In this document: positions 8,455 through 18,729 of the stretch, one piece after another
How positions within the stretch are numbered: the stretch's first letter is position 1
Layout of the letters: each line of letters begins with the position of its first letter
Translations under genes and position numbers: made by a program
The notes under the pieces: model-generated
The model's input: only the letters and a program-made list of their open reading frames with translations
What the model was told of the DNA's origin: nothing
The model's database searches: none
DNA from: an uncultured Caldisericales bacterium
Lineage (GTDB): Bacteria; Caldisericota; Caldisericia; JAAYUI01
Assembly (NCBI GenBank): GCA_964639885.1
Contig: CAZXEH010000005.1
Location: 16,278 to 80,277, forward strand
Length of the DNA stretch: 64,000 bases
Direction of reading: 5' to 3'

Positions 8455-10611
8455 TCAATATGCTTCTTTGTACCAGTAGGCAGCGTTCCAACTTGTAGGC
8501 TTATTGGAACCGGTTGGCTTGTAGTTCTCAAGGTCGAGTGGGCAAACCGTTATAGCCACTGGATTGTACATTGGAAGATGCGGAAGTTCTTCGCACCATA
8601 TTTCAAGTTCGCGATCAATCAGGTCCTGGAGTTTTGCATCTGGGATTTCCTTGTCCATCTCCATGCAAATCTTCTCATGTTCTACTCCACCCTTCCAACC
8701 AACAAGGTTTTGTCCTGCCCAGTTATTGTCGGCAGTAGGAATCTGCTTTTCCATGAACAGGTCAGCCGAAGGTCTGATCGGATTAGAAACCCAGGCGAAT
8801 GTTATCATCTCCCACTCATGCCTTACAAGGCTCTGCCCAAGAAGCTCCTTGCTTGTAACAGGTGTTGGGATTATTTTGAGGCCGATACGGCTGTACATGA
8901 TCTTCATCTGCTCAGCCATTTGTATGGCCGATGGATTCTCTGATGATGTTTTGAACTTGAAGCTGAATGGCTTGCCCGGATCGCCGTTAAGGCACCTGAT
9001 CATCTCGCCACCAACCTTGGTAAGCTTCCAGCCCGCCTCTTCAAGCAACTGTTCAGCTTTTTTCGGGTTGTACTCATATCTTTTGATTTTGTCGGGATTG
9101 TAGAACTTTGACTTTGGAGACATCCAGCTGTCGGCTACCGTATAGAGACCCTGGTTTACAACCTTGTTCATCTCTTCCCTGTCCAGGGCGTAAAGCATAG
9201 CCTGCCTGACCCTCTTGTCACCAAAAACCCACTTGAGTCCTGGCTTGTCTGGTTCTTTTGGGTCCTTGTCAAACAGGTTGAGATCAACGTGACTCCACTG
9301 TGTGGCATCAACAATAACGATCTTGTAGTCAGGGAGTTTGTCTTTCAGGTCTTTGTAGTCGTTTGGAGTAATGCCGGCACAATCGACCGATCTCGCTTCA
9401 AGATTGAGTCTGACGGTATTCTGATCTGACATGAAACGGACGATAATCTTTCCGATCAACGGTTGTGAATAGATTGCATATGGATTTGGCGTAAATTCGA
9501 GGTGATCGCCCCTGTCCCATTTTGCAAGTCTGTATGGGCCATTGTTGAAATTGATGAAGTCTTCCCTCGTGTTGAAATCCTGCGGAGCCGTAAACAAATC
9601 CTGTTCAAAAACGGACTTGTAGGTATCGCCCCATCCCCATGACGCATAAGTGTAGACTTCGTTATATGTGATTTCAACCGTGTATCTGTCAATCTTTTTG
9701 ATGTTGTCAACTTTCCAGATGCCTGATTTCGAGATTGCCTGGATGCGTGGTACAACTGAAACTCTCATGGAGAAAAGGTAATCATCAGCAGTCACTTCGT
9801 GAAGTTTTTGAGCTTCACCGTCATACATTGGACAATTGTAGAGACCTTTTCTGATGTGGTATGTGACAACTTCCTTGTCGCGACCAGAGGCTGGGTCTTT
9901 GATTATCTTTATGTCACCATTATCAACTGAGGGAACCCTTGTCAGCTGGAACGGGTAAAGTGTTGCGTCATCTCCAAACGAAACGTCTCCTCCCCAGGAT
10001 GCGAAAGTGTTGATGTATGAGGTAGCCATGGCTGAGGTTGTATAAGGGTTAAGGGTTTCCGGTTCGTTTGTTGTAACGATTGTCAGCTGCTGGTTCGGGT
10101 CGGTGTTGGGCGGATATTTGACGTGATAGGCAAGGTAGGCCAGTTCGGCATAAGTCATTGGCTTGTCCCATGCCGTAAGTCTGCCTTTCTTGTACGTGAG
10201 CAGGTTGTATTTGGGCCTGTAGGCAAGGTTGAAGTAGGGGACGTATTCTTTTGGAATGGTCAGTTCGTCATTGCTCATACACCAGGCAACATCGTCAAAC
10301 TGTTTGACATCTTCAGCCCATTTGCCATTGTCAATGACAGCCTTGATGATTGCTGCCCTGGCAAGTGGTTTTGTTGCATCAAGCGTCGAACTTTTGCCAA
10401 GAACATTGTCTAGAGTGCTCACAATTGTTGCACCGTCGACATCCTTGTCCCAGAGACCCTTGTCGGCTTCAGGCATCACCTTCTCAGAAACCAGCTTCTC
10501 AATGTATTTCTGTGCCCAGTGAGGTCTGTCCAGAGCTGAGACGGACTGGCAAACGATGGCAAAAATGGCCACAATTGCCAAAATTGTAAGTGTCAATGAA
10601 ATTTTTCTCAT
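8455..10611 (-). CDS. oppA: ABC transporter substrate-binding protein, family 5 (OppA-like), N-terminally extended paralogue 2
   Basis: Start moved to the ATG at 10609-10611 (MRKISLTLTILAIVAIFA signal), preceded by a GGAGG RBS. Shares motifs with paralogue 1: RVPSVDNGD, GGEMIRC, AWVSNPIRP. Confidence 0.8.
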   Translation of the reverse strand: MRKISLTLTILAIVAIFAIVCQSVSALDRPHWAQKYIEKLVSEKVMPEADKGLWDKDVDGATIVSTLDNVLGKSSTLDATKPLARAAIIKAVIDNGKWAEDVKQFDDVAWCMSNDELTIPKEYVPYFNLAYRPKYNLLTYKKGRLTAWDKPMTYAELAYLAYHVKYPPNTDPNQQLTIVTTNEPETLNPYTTSAMATSYINTFASWGGDVSFGDDATLYPFQLTRVPSVDNGDIKIIKDPASGRDKEVVTYHIRKGLYNCPMYDGEAQKLHEVTADDYLFSMRVSVVPRIQAISKSGIWKVDNIKKIDRYTVEITYNEVYTYASWGWGDTYKSVFEQDLFTAPQDFNTREDFINFNNGPYRLAKWDRGDHLEFTPNPYAIYSQPLIGKIIVRFMSDQNTVRLNLEARSVDCAGITPNDYKDLKDKLPDYKIVIVDATQWSHVDLNLFDKDPKEPDKPGLKWVFGDKRVRQAMLYALDREEMNKVVNQGLYTVADSWMSPKSKFYNPDKIKRYEYNPKKAEQLLEEAGWKLTKVGGEMIRCLNGDPGKPFSFKFKTSSENPSAIQMAEQMKIMYSRIGLKIIPTPVTSKELLGQSLVRHEWEMITFAWVSNPIRPSADLFMEKQIPTADNNWAGQNLVGWKGGVEHEKICMEMDKEIPDAKLQDLIDRELEIWCEELPHLPMYNPVAITVCPLDLENYKPTGSNKPTSWNAAYWYKEAY

Positions 10612-10700
10612 GAAACTCCTTCCATTTGTCAAAGTGTATTTGTGCCCTTTTGATTTACAGGAAGGATAATAAACCGTTTAATATTAAAATGGAATAGCCT

Positions 10701-11633
10701 CTACCAGACCGGAACAGGGATGCTCCAGTGTCCGGCAATGCGGATCTCCGGTGACAACCTGACATTGAACCTGTCGTAGACAGTGTCTGCAACCATTTTC
10801 ATAAGCATCAGTGCCTCTTTTGAATCATTTGAGCCAAGGTTTACCAGAAAATTAGCGTGGAGTTTTGAAATTTCGATCCCACCAACACCCTTGCCCTTCA
10901 GGCCAGCATCTTCGATGAGCTTTCCTGCGAAGCCAGCAGGAGGATTTCTGAAGGCGCATCCTGCATTCGGCAGGTTGTAAGGTTGTGACCCTGTACGGTA
11001 GCCCTTGAGGATGTTGACTCTGGAAACCAGTTTTTCATACTCGGTTTTAGCCAGCCTGAATCTTACCTGGTCGATCATTCCGCCTGACTGGAGAGCGATT
11101 GAAGTCCTGTAGTCAAATCTCATCTGGTCATGATCCAGAACGTGTTTTTCACCTGTGGGCGAGATGTAGCCTACCTCAAAAACCGCACGGCTGATGTAGT
11201 TGTTGTGGGTGCCGGTGTTCATTGCCACAGCACCGCCAACTGTCCCAGGAATCCTTGTCAAAAATTCAATTCCTTCAAGGCTTCTTGCAATCGAGAGGTC
11301 GACGGCTTCATCAAGCAAAAAACCTGAACCACACCTGACAGAATCATCATCTGCCTCGACCCACCTGAACTTTTCTCCGATGCAGGCAACCACTCCACGA
11401 ACGCCAAGATCGCCAACGAGCAGGTTTGTGCCTGAACCTATTGTCAGAACCGGTATGCCGTTTCTGGAACAGAACCTGAAAATTTCGGCAACATCATCGG
11501 AATCTTCAGGAAAAACCAAGGCATCTGCCGGGCCACCGAGTCTGAATGATGTGTGCAGATGCATCGGTTCGCCAAAGAGAACCTTACCCCTGATTATCGA
11601 AGTGATCGAAGACAGGGTCTGATTGATGATCAT
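10701..11633 (-). CDS. murB: UDP-N-acetylenolpyruvoylglucosamine reductase MurB
   Basis: FAD-binding N-terminal motifs (GGPADALVFPED...IPVLTIGSGTNLLV) and a MurB C-terminal domain. Sits in dcw context. Confidence 0.85.
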   Translation of the reverse strand: MIINQTLSSITSIIRGKVLFGEPMHLHTSFRLGGPADALVFPEDSDDVAEIFRFCSRNGIPVLTIGSGTNLLVGDLGVRGVVACIGEKFRWVEADDDSVRCGSGFLLDEAVDLSIARSLEGIEFLTRIPGTVGGAVAMNTGTHNNYISRAVFEVGYISPTGEKHVLDHDQMRFDYRTSIALQSGGMIDQVRFRLAKTEYEKLVSRVNILKGYRTGSQPYNLPNAGCAFRNPPAGFAGKLIEDAGLKGKGVGGIEISKLHANFLVNLGSNDSKEALMLMKMVADTVYDRFNVRLSPEIRIAGHWSIPVPVW

Positions 11634-11649
11634 ATGAAATGAATGCTGC

Positions 11650-13059
11650 TCAGGCCAGGAGATCGAGAATCGGTTGCGCCAGTTCTCTCACGGTTTGTGG
11701 GCCAGAGAAGTAGATGATCTCGTCTTTTTTTATGCCAGCTTTTACCTGTGCAGGGACATCGCCGATCTTTGGAACCAGAACAATGTCCATGTCAGGGTTT
11801 GCTTCCTTTATTGTCTTTGCCAGCACGTTGATGTCTGAACCCCAAAGGTTGTCCTCGCCCGACGGATTGATCTCGGTTATGATCACTCTGTTGGCATAAC
11901 GCACGGCTGCGCTGTATTCCTTCGGAAGATAGAACACCCTTGAGTATCTCATCGGCTGAAGCACAAGGCAGATCGGGTTTTCCGGGTAGTAAGACCTGAT
12001 GGTTTCAAGCCCTCTGATCATTGCAGTTGGATGGTGCGAGTAATCATCGTATACAGGATGCCCGCCTGAAACGCCCATGAGTTCGATTCTCCTCTGTGTT
12101 CCAGGAAAATTAGCAAGCTCAGGTATTGCATCCTTCGGCTCGATTCCAACCTTGACCAGCGAGGCGATAGAGGCAAGCGCATTGATAACATTGTGTGCAC
12201 CTGGAACCTGTAGCTTCATCTTGCCGGCAAGCTCGCCTTTCCAAAAAACGTCAGTCTCAGAGCAGAGATTGTAGCCATCACGGAAAAATTTCGTCTCTCC
12301 AGCTCTCAGATGCGCCTGAACCGATCTTCCAAAGGTGATGACATTTTTGAAGTGCGTGAGGTTGATTGAAAGCACGTTCTTGTCGTCAGCATTCAGGATT
12401 TGCCATCCACCCCTGTCAAGCGACTGCTGTGCATACTTTTCCATGTCAGCTACAAGGTTCTTGATGTCGAAATTGAAGTTTTCCATGTGGTCGTTGTCGA
12501 TGTTGCCAACAATTGCAATGTCGACATCGAAGTGAAGGAAGCTGTGGTCGTGTTCATCTGTTTCGATGATGAAGACCTTGCCGTCTGTCCATTCGGCCTG
12601 GTCTTTGTTTGCAAGGTAGGGTGAGCCGAAATAGTAAGTTGGGTTCAGACCCTTCTTCATGCAGATGTGGGTTGCCATGGCTGTCGACGTGGTTTTTCCA
12701 TGTGTTCCAGCAACGCCGATTACAGTTTTCCCCCTTGTGAGCATCTTGAATGCGTCTGCCCTGTGATATATCGGGATTCCGCGTCTTCTCGCCTCTTCAA
12801 GCTCAGGGTTGTTCTGCCTGATCGCCGTTGAATAGACAATCATGACTGGATTTTTCAAATGTTTTGGATCGTTTCCATTTCCAACAACCATGCCCTTGTT
12901 TATCAAGTCCTTGATTGCAGGCCTGTCAAAATCAGTGTCGGAGCCGGTAACCTTGAAGCCTTTGCCCCAATAGAGCAAGGCCAGTCCACGCATTCCGGCA
13001 CCACCAATGCCGACCAGATGAATCTCTGATCCGGCAGGAAGCGAATTGATGTCGTTCAT
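11650..13059 (-). CDS. murC: UDP-N-acetylmuramate--L-alanine ligase MurC
   Basis: HLVGIGGAGMRGLA N-terminal motif and Mur ligase ATP-binding GTHGKTTST. Start set to the ATG at 13057-13059 with a GGAGG RBS. The ORF-track start further upstream would overlap murG. Confidence 0.85.
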   Translation of the reverse strand: MNDINSLPAGSEIHLVGIGGAGMRGLALLYWGKGFKVTGSDTDFDRPAIKDLINKGMVVGNGNDPKHLKNPVMIVYSTAIRQNNPELEEARRRGIPIYHRADAFKMLTRGKTVIGVAGTHGKTTSTAMATHICMKKGLNPTYYFGSPYLANKDQAEWTDGKVFIIETDEHDHSFLHFDVDIAIVGNIDNDHMENFNFDIKNLVADMEKYAQQSLDRGGWQILNADDKNVLSINLTHFKNVITFGRSVQAHLRAGETKFFRDGYNLCSETDVFWKGELAGKMKLQVPGAHNVINALASIASLVKVGIEPKDAIPELANFPGTQRRIELMGVSGGHPVYDDYSHHPTAMIRGLETIRSYYPENPICLVLQPMRYSRVFYLPKEYSAAVRYANRVIITEINPSGEDNLWGSDINVLAKTIKEANPDMDIVLVPKIGDVPAQVKAGIKKDEIIYFSGPQTVRELAQPILDLLA

Positions 13060-14111
13060 AGCAACACCTCCACTATGTTTGCGATGTTTTTTGCAGCTTT
13101 TGAATGCAGGCAATCCTGAGGTTTTCTAGCAATCTTCAAGCTTTCCTCAATTGCGCCCTGAAGCATCAGTAGCGCCTCAGATTCAGTCAAAACCCTGCAC
13201 GAACGTTTCTTTCTCAGGTACATGGCATTGAGCCACTGGTGATTCCCGATCGATTCACGCTTTGGTATCAGAACCGATGGGATGCCGAAACATTCAAGCT
13301 CGGAAACGGTCATCGCACCTGACCTGTTGATAGAAACATCAGTCACAGCATAAGCTTTATCCATCTGGGTCAAATAGTCAATAACTTGCACATTATGCAA
13401 ATTTAACTCACTGACACTTTTCTGCACACTTTCATACATCAGTTTACCTGTGATGATCAGCCACTGACGATCAGAATTGGCAATAAATTCAACTGGAAGC
13501 GATAGAAAAGCCTGGTAAACAGATCTGGCTCCTCTTGAACCACCAAACACAAGGATCGTTATTTTGTTCGGATCAAGGCCGAAAAACTTGTAGTCGTCAT
13601 CCGTTTTTGGTTGCAGCTCACACCATCTGATCGGGTTTCCAACAACCTCGATTTTTGTTTTTCGCTTGAAACCAATTGTCCCTTCAAAACCTGTCATGAT
13701 AACATCTGCAAACCGTTCGAGCAACTTGTTGGCTTTGCCGGCCACAGCGTTCTGTTCGTGAATGAGAACAGGGATGTGTCTCTTTCTGGCGGTCACAACC
13801 AGCGGTACTGAAGCATAGCTGCCCATGCCGATAACAACCTTTGGCTTCAGCTCTTTTATAAGGGCATCGGCCTGTCTCGAACCCTTCATGTAATTGCTCA
13901 GGAATTTGATGAATTTAACTGGATTTGCGCCTGGTGGAGAAGCTGTTACCTGCCTGACCTCAAAGCCAAGCTCTTTCGATCTTTCAAGCTCCTGTCCGTC
14001 TCCTACGAGCACCGGTCGGTGTCCCCTGTTTAAAAGTTCTCTGGCAATCTGCGTTGCCGGAAGGACATGCCCGCCGGTTCCGCCAGCGCCGATAAAAATC
14101 ACATCAGCCAT
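13056..14111 (-). CDS. murG: UDP-N-acetylglucosamine--N-acetylmuramyl-(pentapeptide) pyrophosphoryl-undecaprenol GlcNAc transferase MurG
   Basis: GGTGGHVLPA motif, GT28 family. Overlaps the murC start by 4 nt. Confidence 0.85.
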   Translation of the reverse strand: MADVIFIGAGGTGGHVLPATQIARELLNRGHRPVLVGDGQELERSKELGFEVRQVTASPPGANPVKFIKFLSNYMKGSRQADALIKELKPKVVIGMGSYASVPLVVTARKRHIPVLIHEQNAVAGKANKLLERFADVIMTGFEGTIGFKRKTKIEVVGNPIRWCELQPKTDDDYKFFGLDPNKITILVFGGSRGARSVYQAFLSLPVEFIANSDRQWLIITGKLMYESVQKSVSELNLHNVQVIDYLTQMDKAYAVTDVSINRSGAMTVSELECFGIPSVLIPKRESIGNHQWLNAMYLRKKRSCRVLTESEALLMLQGAIEESLKIARKPQDCLHSKAAKNIANIVEVLL

Positions 14112-15282
14112 TTTGAATCTCCAAATTGCGTTCTTTCCATGAAATCTTGTCTATGGCAAGCAGTATACCCACTTCAGCCAGTGAAACAATGAGCGATGAG
14201 CCACCGGATGAGATAAACGGCAGCGTGAGTCCGGTTGTTGGCAGCAGGCCAACGACAACACCGGTGTTTATGAATGCCTGGAAGCCGATATGGATGGCAA
14301 TTCCAAGTGCAACCAGATAGTTGAACATGTTTGTTGTTCTGGCAGCAATCTTTACAGCCTGGAACACAAAAATGCCAAATAGAATCAGCACAAGGATGGC
14401 GCCAAGCAATCCCAGCTCCTCTACCACAAGCGAATAAATGAAGTCGTTGCTCATTTCCGGCAGCTGGTTTGTGAATTTCATCTGGCCGTTGAACAGCCCT
14501 TTTCCAAAGAAACCACCGTAGCTTATCGCCACAAGGGATTGGTAAAGCTGCCAGCCCGAAGTCTGCCAGTTACCGATTGGATCAAGGAATCCCTTGAACC
14601 TGTCGATGATGTACGAGCCTTTTCCGAGCACCAGGAGCAATGTGCCAAGCCCAAGCGACACCGAAGAAATGGCTATCAGTCCAAACACTGGCGCACCTGA
14701 GAGGAAGAACTGGACAACAAAGATGGCCAGCATGACCATTATCGCTCCCATGTCAGGCTCAAGGAATATCAGCAGGAGCGGGATTCCAAACATGAAGAAC
14801 AGTTGGAAGGTGTCAGCGAATTTTATGGATTTTGCATCCCTTGTAGAAAAATAATTTGCAACGATGAGGATTGTTGCCAACTTTGCAAGCTCGGACGGCT
14901 GGAACGTGAACGAACCGATCCTGATCCATTGATGTGAAACAAAGGCCTGAACACCCATTCCAGGCACAAAAACCAGCATGAGCAGGATGATTGCGACCAG
15001 ATACAACGGGTAGACCATGTTCTTGATGAAACCGGTTCCAAGCCTGAACAGGATGTATCCAGCACCGGCTCCAATGAAGAAGCTGATTAACTGCCTTAAA
15101 AACATTGAACCAGGCGACGGAATTTTGCCAAGATAGGCTTCGCCCATCGCTGCCGAATAGATCATCAGGAGACCGATTGCCACCAACGCAGCCACAACCG
15201 TCAACAGGCGGCTGTCAGGAACCCAGTTTCTCCGGGGCTTCCTTTCTGACCTGACTGGTGAAGCAATCTCCGCGCTCTTCAT
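14104..15282 (-). CDS. ftsW: Peptidoglycan glycosyltransferase FtsW (SEDS family)
   Basis: Polytopic SEDS protein between murD and murG. Start is uncertain. The ATG at 15280-15282 gives a 27-aa cytoplasmic N-terminus. The ORF-track start at 15414 would overlap murD by 200 nt. Confidence 0.7.
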   Translation of the reverse strand: MKSAEIASPVRSERKPRRNWVPDSRLLTVVAALVAIGLLMIYSAAMGEAYLGKIPSPGSMFLRQLISFFIGAGAGYILFRLGTGFIKNMVYPLYLVAIILLMLVFVPGMGVQAFVSHQWIRIGSFTFQPSELAKLATILIVANYFSTRDAKSIKFADTFQLFFMFGIPLLLIFLEPDMGAIMVMLAIFVVQFFLSGAPVFGLIAISSVSLGLGTLLLVLGKGSYIIDRFKGFLDPIGNWQTSGWQLYQSLVAISYGGFFGKGLFNGQMKFTNQLPEMSNDFIYSLVVEELGLLGAILVLILFGIFVFQAVKIAARTTNMFNYLVALGIAIHIGFQAFINTGVVVGLLPTTGLTLPFISSGGSSLIVSLAEVGILLAIDKISWKERNLEIQNG

Positions 15283-16564
15283 ATCCGCTGAACTGGTCGA
15301 AGCTTGCGCAGGCTGGGGAGAGGAGGACGGCTTCGCCGGCTTTCGCTTCAGTGATAGCCAGGGAAATCGCCTCTTTTTGGTTTTTGACTGTGACAAATCT
15401 TGTAAATCCGCCATTTTTTAAGGCTTCCTCGATTCTTGGGGCTGTCTGGCCGTGAACAATGGCCAGCCTTACGTCGCCCATATCCTTTGGAAGTACTGTG
15501 AAATCAGAACCTTTTTCCGATCCACCAAGAATCAGTACGAATGGCCCAGGAAGTGCGTGAAGGGCGAGGATTGTTGCCGAAGGCTTGGTGGCTTTTGAAT
15601 CGTTGATGAATCTTACGCCATTCCACACACCGACGAGTTCAAGACGGTTGTGGAGTGGCACAAAATCTGTTGCAGATTGGATTGCTAGTATGGGATCAAG
15701 TCCAAATGCTGTAACGGCAAGGCTTGCAGCCATGAGGTTCATGGCGTTGAACCAGCCGAAAACCTTGTAATCCTTCATGTCAGCTGACTTTATGCCAAAC
15801 AGATGGATTGACTGGCCATCAAAGAAGGCGTCGGTTTTGGGATGACTCATTGAGAAGTAGAGAGGCTTTGCGGTGGTTTTCTCGGATAATGCACCGCTCC
15901 ATTCATCATCCCTGTTTAGCACTACCAGGTCATCCTTACCCATGTAAACCATCATCTTCTCTTTGAGCCTGGAATACTCGATCATGGTTCCATGCCTGTT
16001 GAGGTGGTCTTCTGCAAGGTTTGTGAACACTGCTGATTTGGGTTTGAAGGTGTCCATCAGCTCGCACTGGAACGATGAAACCTCTATCGAAAGCACGTCT
16101 TCCGGCTTGCTGTCAAAAACGTAGTTGCTCAACGGGTCGCCGATGTTGCCAACCGCCTTTGATCTGATGCCAGCCTTGTTCAGCATATAGGCAATCAAAC
16201 CTGTAGTGGTCGACTTTCCAGAGGTTCCAGTGACGGCGGCGTAAGGGCAGGACAGCATTTCAGCAGCCATGTCAAGTTCGCCCCTGACACCGATTCCTTT
16301 CATCCTGGCTTTCATCACAACAGGATTGTCGTGGGGAATTCCTGGAGAAACGACCATGAAATCAGCATCATAAACCCTGTCAGAGTGACCGCCCAGTTCA
16401 AAGGGCAAACCCAAAGACTCGATGCCTTCAGGATTTCCGGAGTCAGAGCAGAAAACCTGTGCGCCAATTGCTGACATGAGTTTTGCTACAGCCTGACCTG
16501 ATTTGGCCATTCCAAGAACAGTGACCTTCTTGCCTGAGAAAATCTTTGCCTTGTCTTGATTCAC
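15215..16564 (-). CDS. murD: UDP-N-acetylmuramoylalanine--D-glutamate ligase MurD
   Basis: Mur ligase motifs GTSGKSTTTG and a MurD-like C-terminus ...CASFDQFSGYEERG. Confidence 0.85.
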   Translation of the reverse strand: MNQDKAKIFSGKKVTVLGMAKSGQAVAKLMSAIGAQVFCSDSGNPEGIESLGLPFELGGHSDRVYDADFMVVSPGIPHDNPVVMKARMKGIGVRGELDMAAEMLSCPYAAVTGTSGKSTTTGLIAYMLNKAGIRSKAVGNIGDPLSNYVFDSKPEDVLSIEVSSFQCELMDTFKPKSAVFTNLAEDHLNRHGTMIEYSRLKEKMMVYMGKDDLVVLNRDDEWSGALSEKTTAKPLYFSMSHPKTDAFFDGQSIHLFGIKSADMKDYKVFGWFNAMNLMAASLAVTAFGLDPILAIQSATDFVPLHNRLELVGVWNGVRFINDSKATKPSATILALHALPGPFVLILGGSEKGSDFTVLPKDMGDVRLAIVHGQTAPRIEEALKNGGFTRFVTVKNQKEAISLAITEAKAGEAVLLSPACASFDQFSGYEERGDCFTSQVRKEAPEKLGS

Positions 16565-16701
16565 GCTTTAAACTTACAGCCAATGCACAGCTTTTTCAAC
16601 CCCCCGCCAGGTCGCAGGAGAACAAACCTTGTCTGTTGTTGGCACTTGTCCGCTTGAATTGACAACAATGAAACAAAACCTAAAATCTAAAAACCGTAAC
16701 C

Positions 16702-17229
16702 ATGATTGAAACCTTTGAGGGCAAAAGCCCGACAATAGATAAAGAGTCATTCATCCACCCATCATCAACAATAATCGGCCATGCCACCCTTGCATCCAAG
16801 GTTTCCGTCTGGCCCGGAGCAGTTGTCAGAGCCGACGTGAGCACAGCGACGATAGGCGAGCTCTCCAATATTCAGGACAACGCCTGCATCCATGTTGACT
16901 CAGGATGTCCAACCACACTGGGCAAGGGCGTGACAGTCGGTCACGGTGCAATGCTCCATGCCTGCATTGTTGAAGATTTTTCACTGATCGGTATCGGTGC
17001 CATCGTGCTGGACAAGGCACAGATAGGCCACCATTCCATAATTGCAGCCGGAACGCTCATCCCACCCGGCAAAATCATTCCCCCTAATTCAATGGTGATG
17101 GGTTCCCCTGGAAAGGTAGTCAGAGAACTAACCAAGGCGGAAGCAGATCACCTGGAAGACCATGCCAGAAACTACTGGAAACTGGCGGAAAGATTTATCA
17201 CTGGAGGAGCAAATGGCAAAGAATCTTAA
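16702..17229 (+). CDS. Gamma-class carbonic anhydrase family / hexapeptide-repeat protein (YrdA/PaaY-like)
   Basis: 175 aa with left-handed beta-helix hexapeptide repeats and His ligand positions typical of gamma-CA-like proteins. Confidence 0.7.
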   Translation: MIETFEGKSPTIDKESFIHPSSTIIGHATLASKVSVWPGAVVRADVSTATIGELSNIQDNACIHVDSGCPTTLGKGVTVGHGAMLHACIVEDFSLIGIGAIVLDKAQIGHHSIIAAGTLIPPGKIIPPNSMVMGSPGKVVRELTKAEADHLEDHARNYWKLAERFITGGANGKES

Positions 17230-18727
17230 GAAAACGCAGGCGGCAGTCAAAACACACGAAGAAGTCAGAACCAAATCGTTCTTCGAGAAGCTTTTCGGCA
17301 TGCCGGCAACAGCAGTCGACTGGAAAAAAGAGATCATTGCAGGTCTCTCGGGTTTGATCGGAACAGCATTTGTTCTGTTCGCTTTCCAAAGGGTGCTCGG
17401 AACCCAATATGGATTCACAAACGGCGTCGAAAACATTCTCATCGTCGGAACCCTCATTGCAATGATCCTCTCAAACCTCGCCCAATCAATCTGGGCAAGA
17501 CTCCCCTACATCGTCACACCATCCCTTGGAACGCTCGTCATCCTCATGCCGGCTCTCTCCATCGGATCATTCAACGTTTTCATGACCATCATGCTTGTCG
17601 AGGGAATCATCTTCCTCACACTCTCCTACCTCCCGTTTGCAAAGAAGCTTATCGCCTCGATTCCGGCATCGATCAAGAACGCGATCGTGGTTTCAATCGG
17701 TCTCGTTCTGATTTTCATGGCTCTCTCGATGTCAGGCATCTTCGGTGACCACGCAATTATCGGCGGAAACCTGAATGCGGAAAAGCTCAAAGCGCTCACA
17801 TTCACAAACGGCATTCCGACCCTCACTGTCAGATGGCTTCTCGACGCAAGAACACTGGTCATGGTGTTTGGCCTCATCCTCGTAGGCTATTTCTCATACA
17901 CCAAAAATAAATACACAATTCTGATCACCATCCTCCTCACGGCTGCAGCCGGTGTAGTGTTCACATCATTCCATCAGACAGGAACAGATCTCAGCAGGAT
18001 CACGCCGATTGCATTGCTTGAATTCCCTGCAGATCACTCGATCTTCCTCCCGTTTGGCAACTGGTCGAGTGTCTTGTTTGCAAAAACAGAGTTCCTGCCA
18101 TTCCTCACCGATCTTGGCACCAAATTCATGGCCTTCCTTTCGACATTCCTCATTCTCCTTGCCAAGGACACCATCGGAACCAGCGCTTCACTGGTTGCTC
18201 TTGGCAGGCAGTCCGGCCACATGGGTGAAAACGACGAAACCCTCCACAACAGCCAGAAAGCCATGCAGGTTATCGGCTTTAACAGGATCGTTTCCGGTAT
18301 TGTCGGTGGTATGCCTGCCGACATCGGCCCAGAATCAGCAATTGCCGTGGAAGCTGACGGAAAGACCTCAATCACTCCGCTCATCTATGCTGCAGGTTGC
18401 GCCCTTCTCCTGATTGGATACAACTTCTTCGTGATGATCCCGGCAATCGCCGTTGCACCGGTTCTCGTAATGATCGGCGCCGGAATGCTCAGGAACATCG
18501 GCAAGATCCACTGGAAAGACGCCCTCGAAGTGATTCCGGCTGTGACGATGATGGTTATCGCGGCACTCACACTCAACATTTTCCTTGCAGTCACGCTTGG
18601 CGTTGCAATGTTCATGATCCTCAGAATCGCTGTCTGGAAGTTTGACGACACACAGGGTGGTTTCTGGGTTCTCGGACTGGCCTCGCTTGCCTGCGCAATC
18701 CTCTACATCACGACGTTCATGAGGTAA
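17213..18727 (+). CDS. NCS2-family permease (AzgA/PbuG-like purine permease)
   Basis: ATG at 17213 with a GGAGGAG RBS. About 12 TM helices. N-terminal EKLFGMPATAVDWKKEIIAGLSG resembles AzgA-type guanine/hypoxanthine permeases. Confidence 0.65.
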   Translation: MAKNLKKTQAAVKTHEEVRTKSFFEKLFGMPATAVDWKKEIIAGLSGLIGTAFVLFAFQRVLGTQYGFTNGVENILIVGTLIAMILSNLAQSIWARLPYIVTPSLGTLVILMPALSIGSFNVFMTIMLVEGIIFLTLSYLPFAKKLIASIPASIKNAIVVSIGLVLIFMALSMSGIFGDHAIIGGNLNAEKLKALTFTNGIPTLTVRWLLDARTLVMVFGLILVGYFSYTKNKYTILITILLTAAAGVVFTSFHQTGTDLSRITPIALLEFPADHSIFLPFGNWSSVLFAKTEFLPFLTDLGTKFMAFLSTFLILLAKDTIGTSASLVALGRQSGHMGENDETLHNSQKAMQVIGFNRIVSGIVGGMPADIGPESAIAVEADGKTSITPLIYAAGCALLLIGYNFFVMIPAIAVAPVLVMIGAGMLRNIGKIHWKDALEVIPAVTMMVIAALTLNIFLAVTLGVAMFMILRIAVWKFDDTQGGFWVLGLASLACAILYITTFMR

Positions 18728-18729
18728 TA

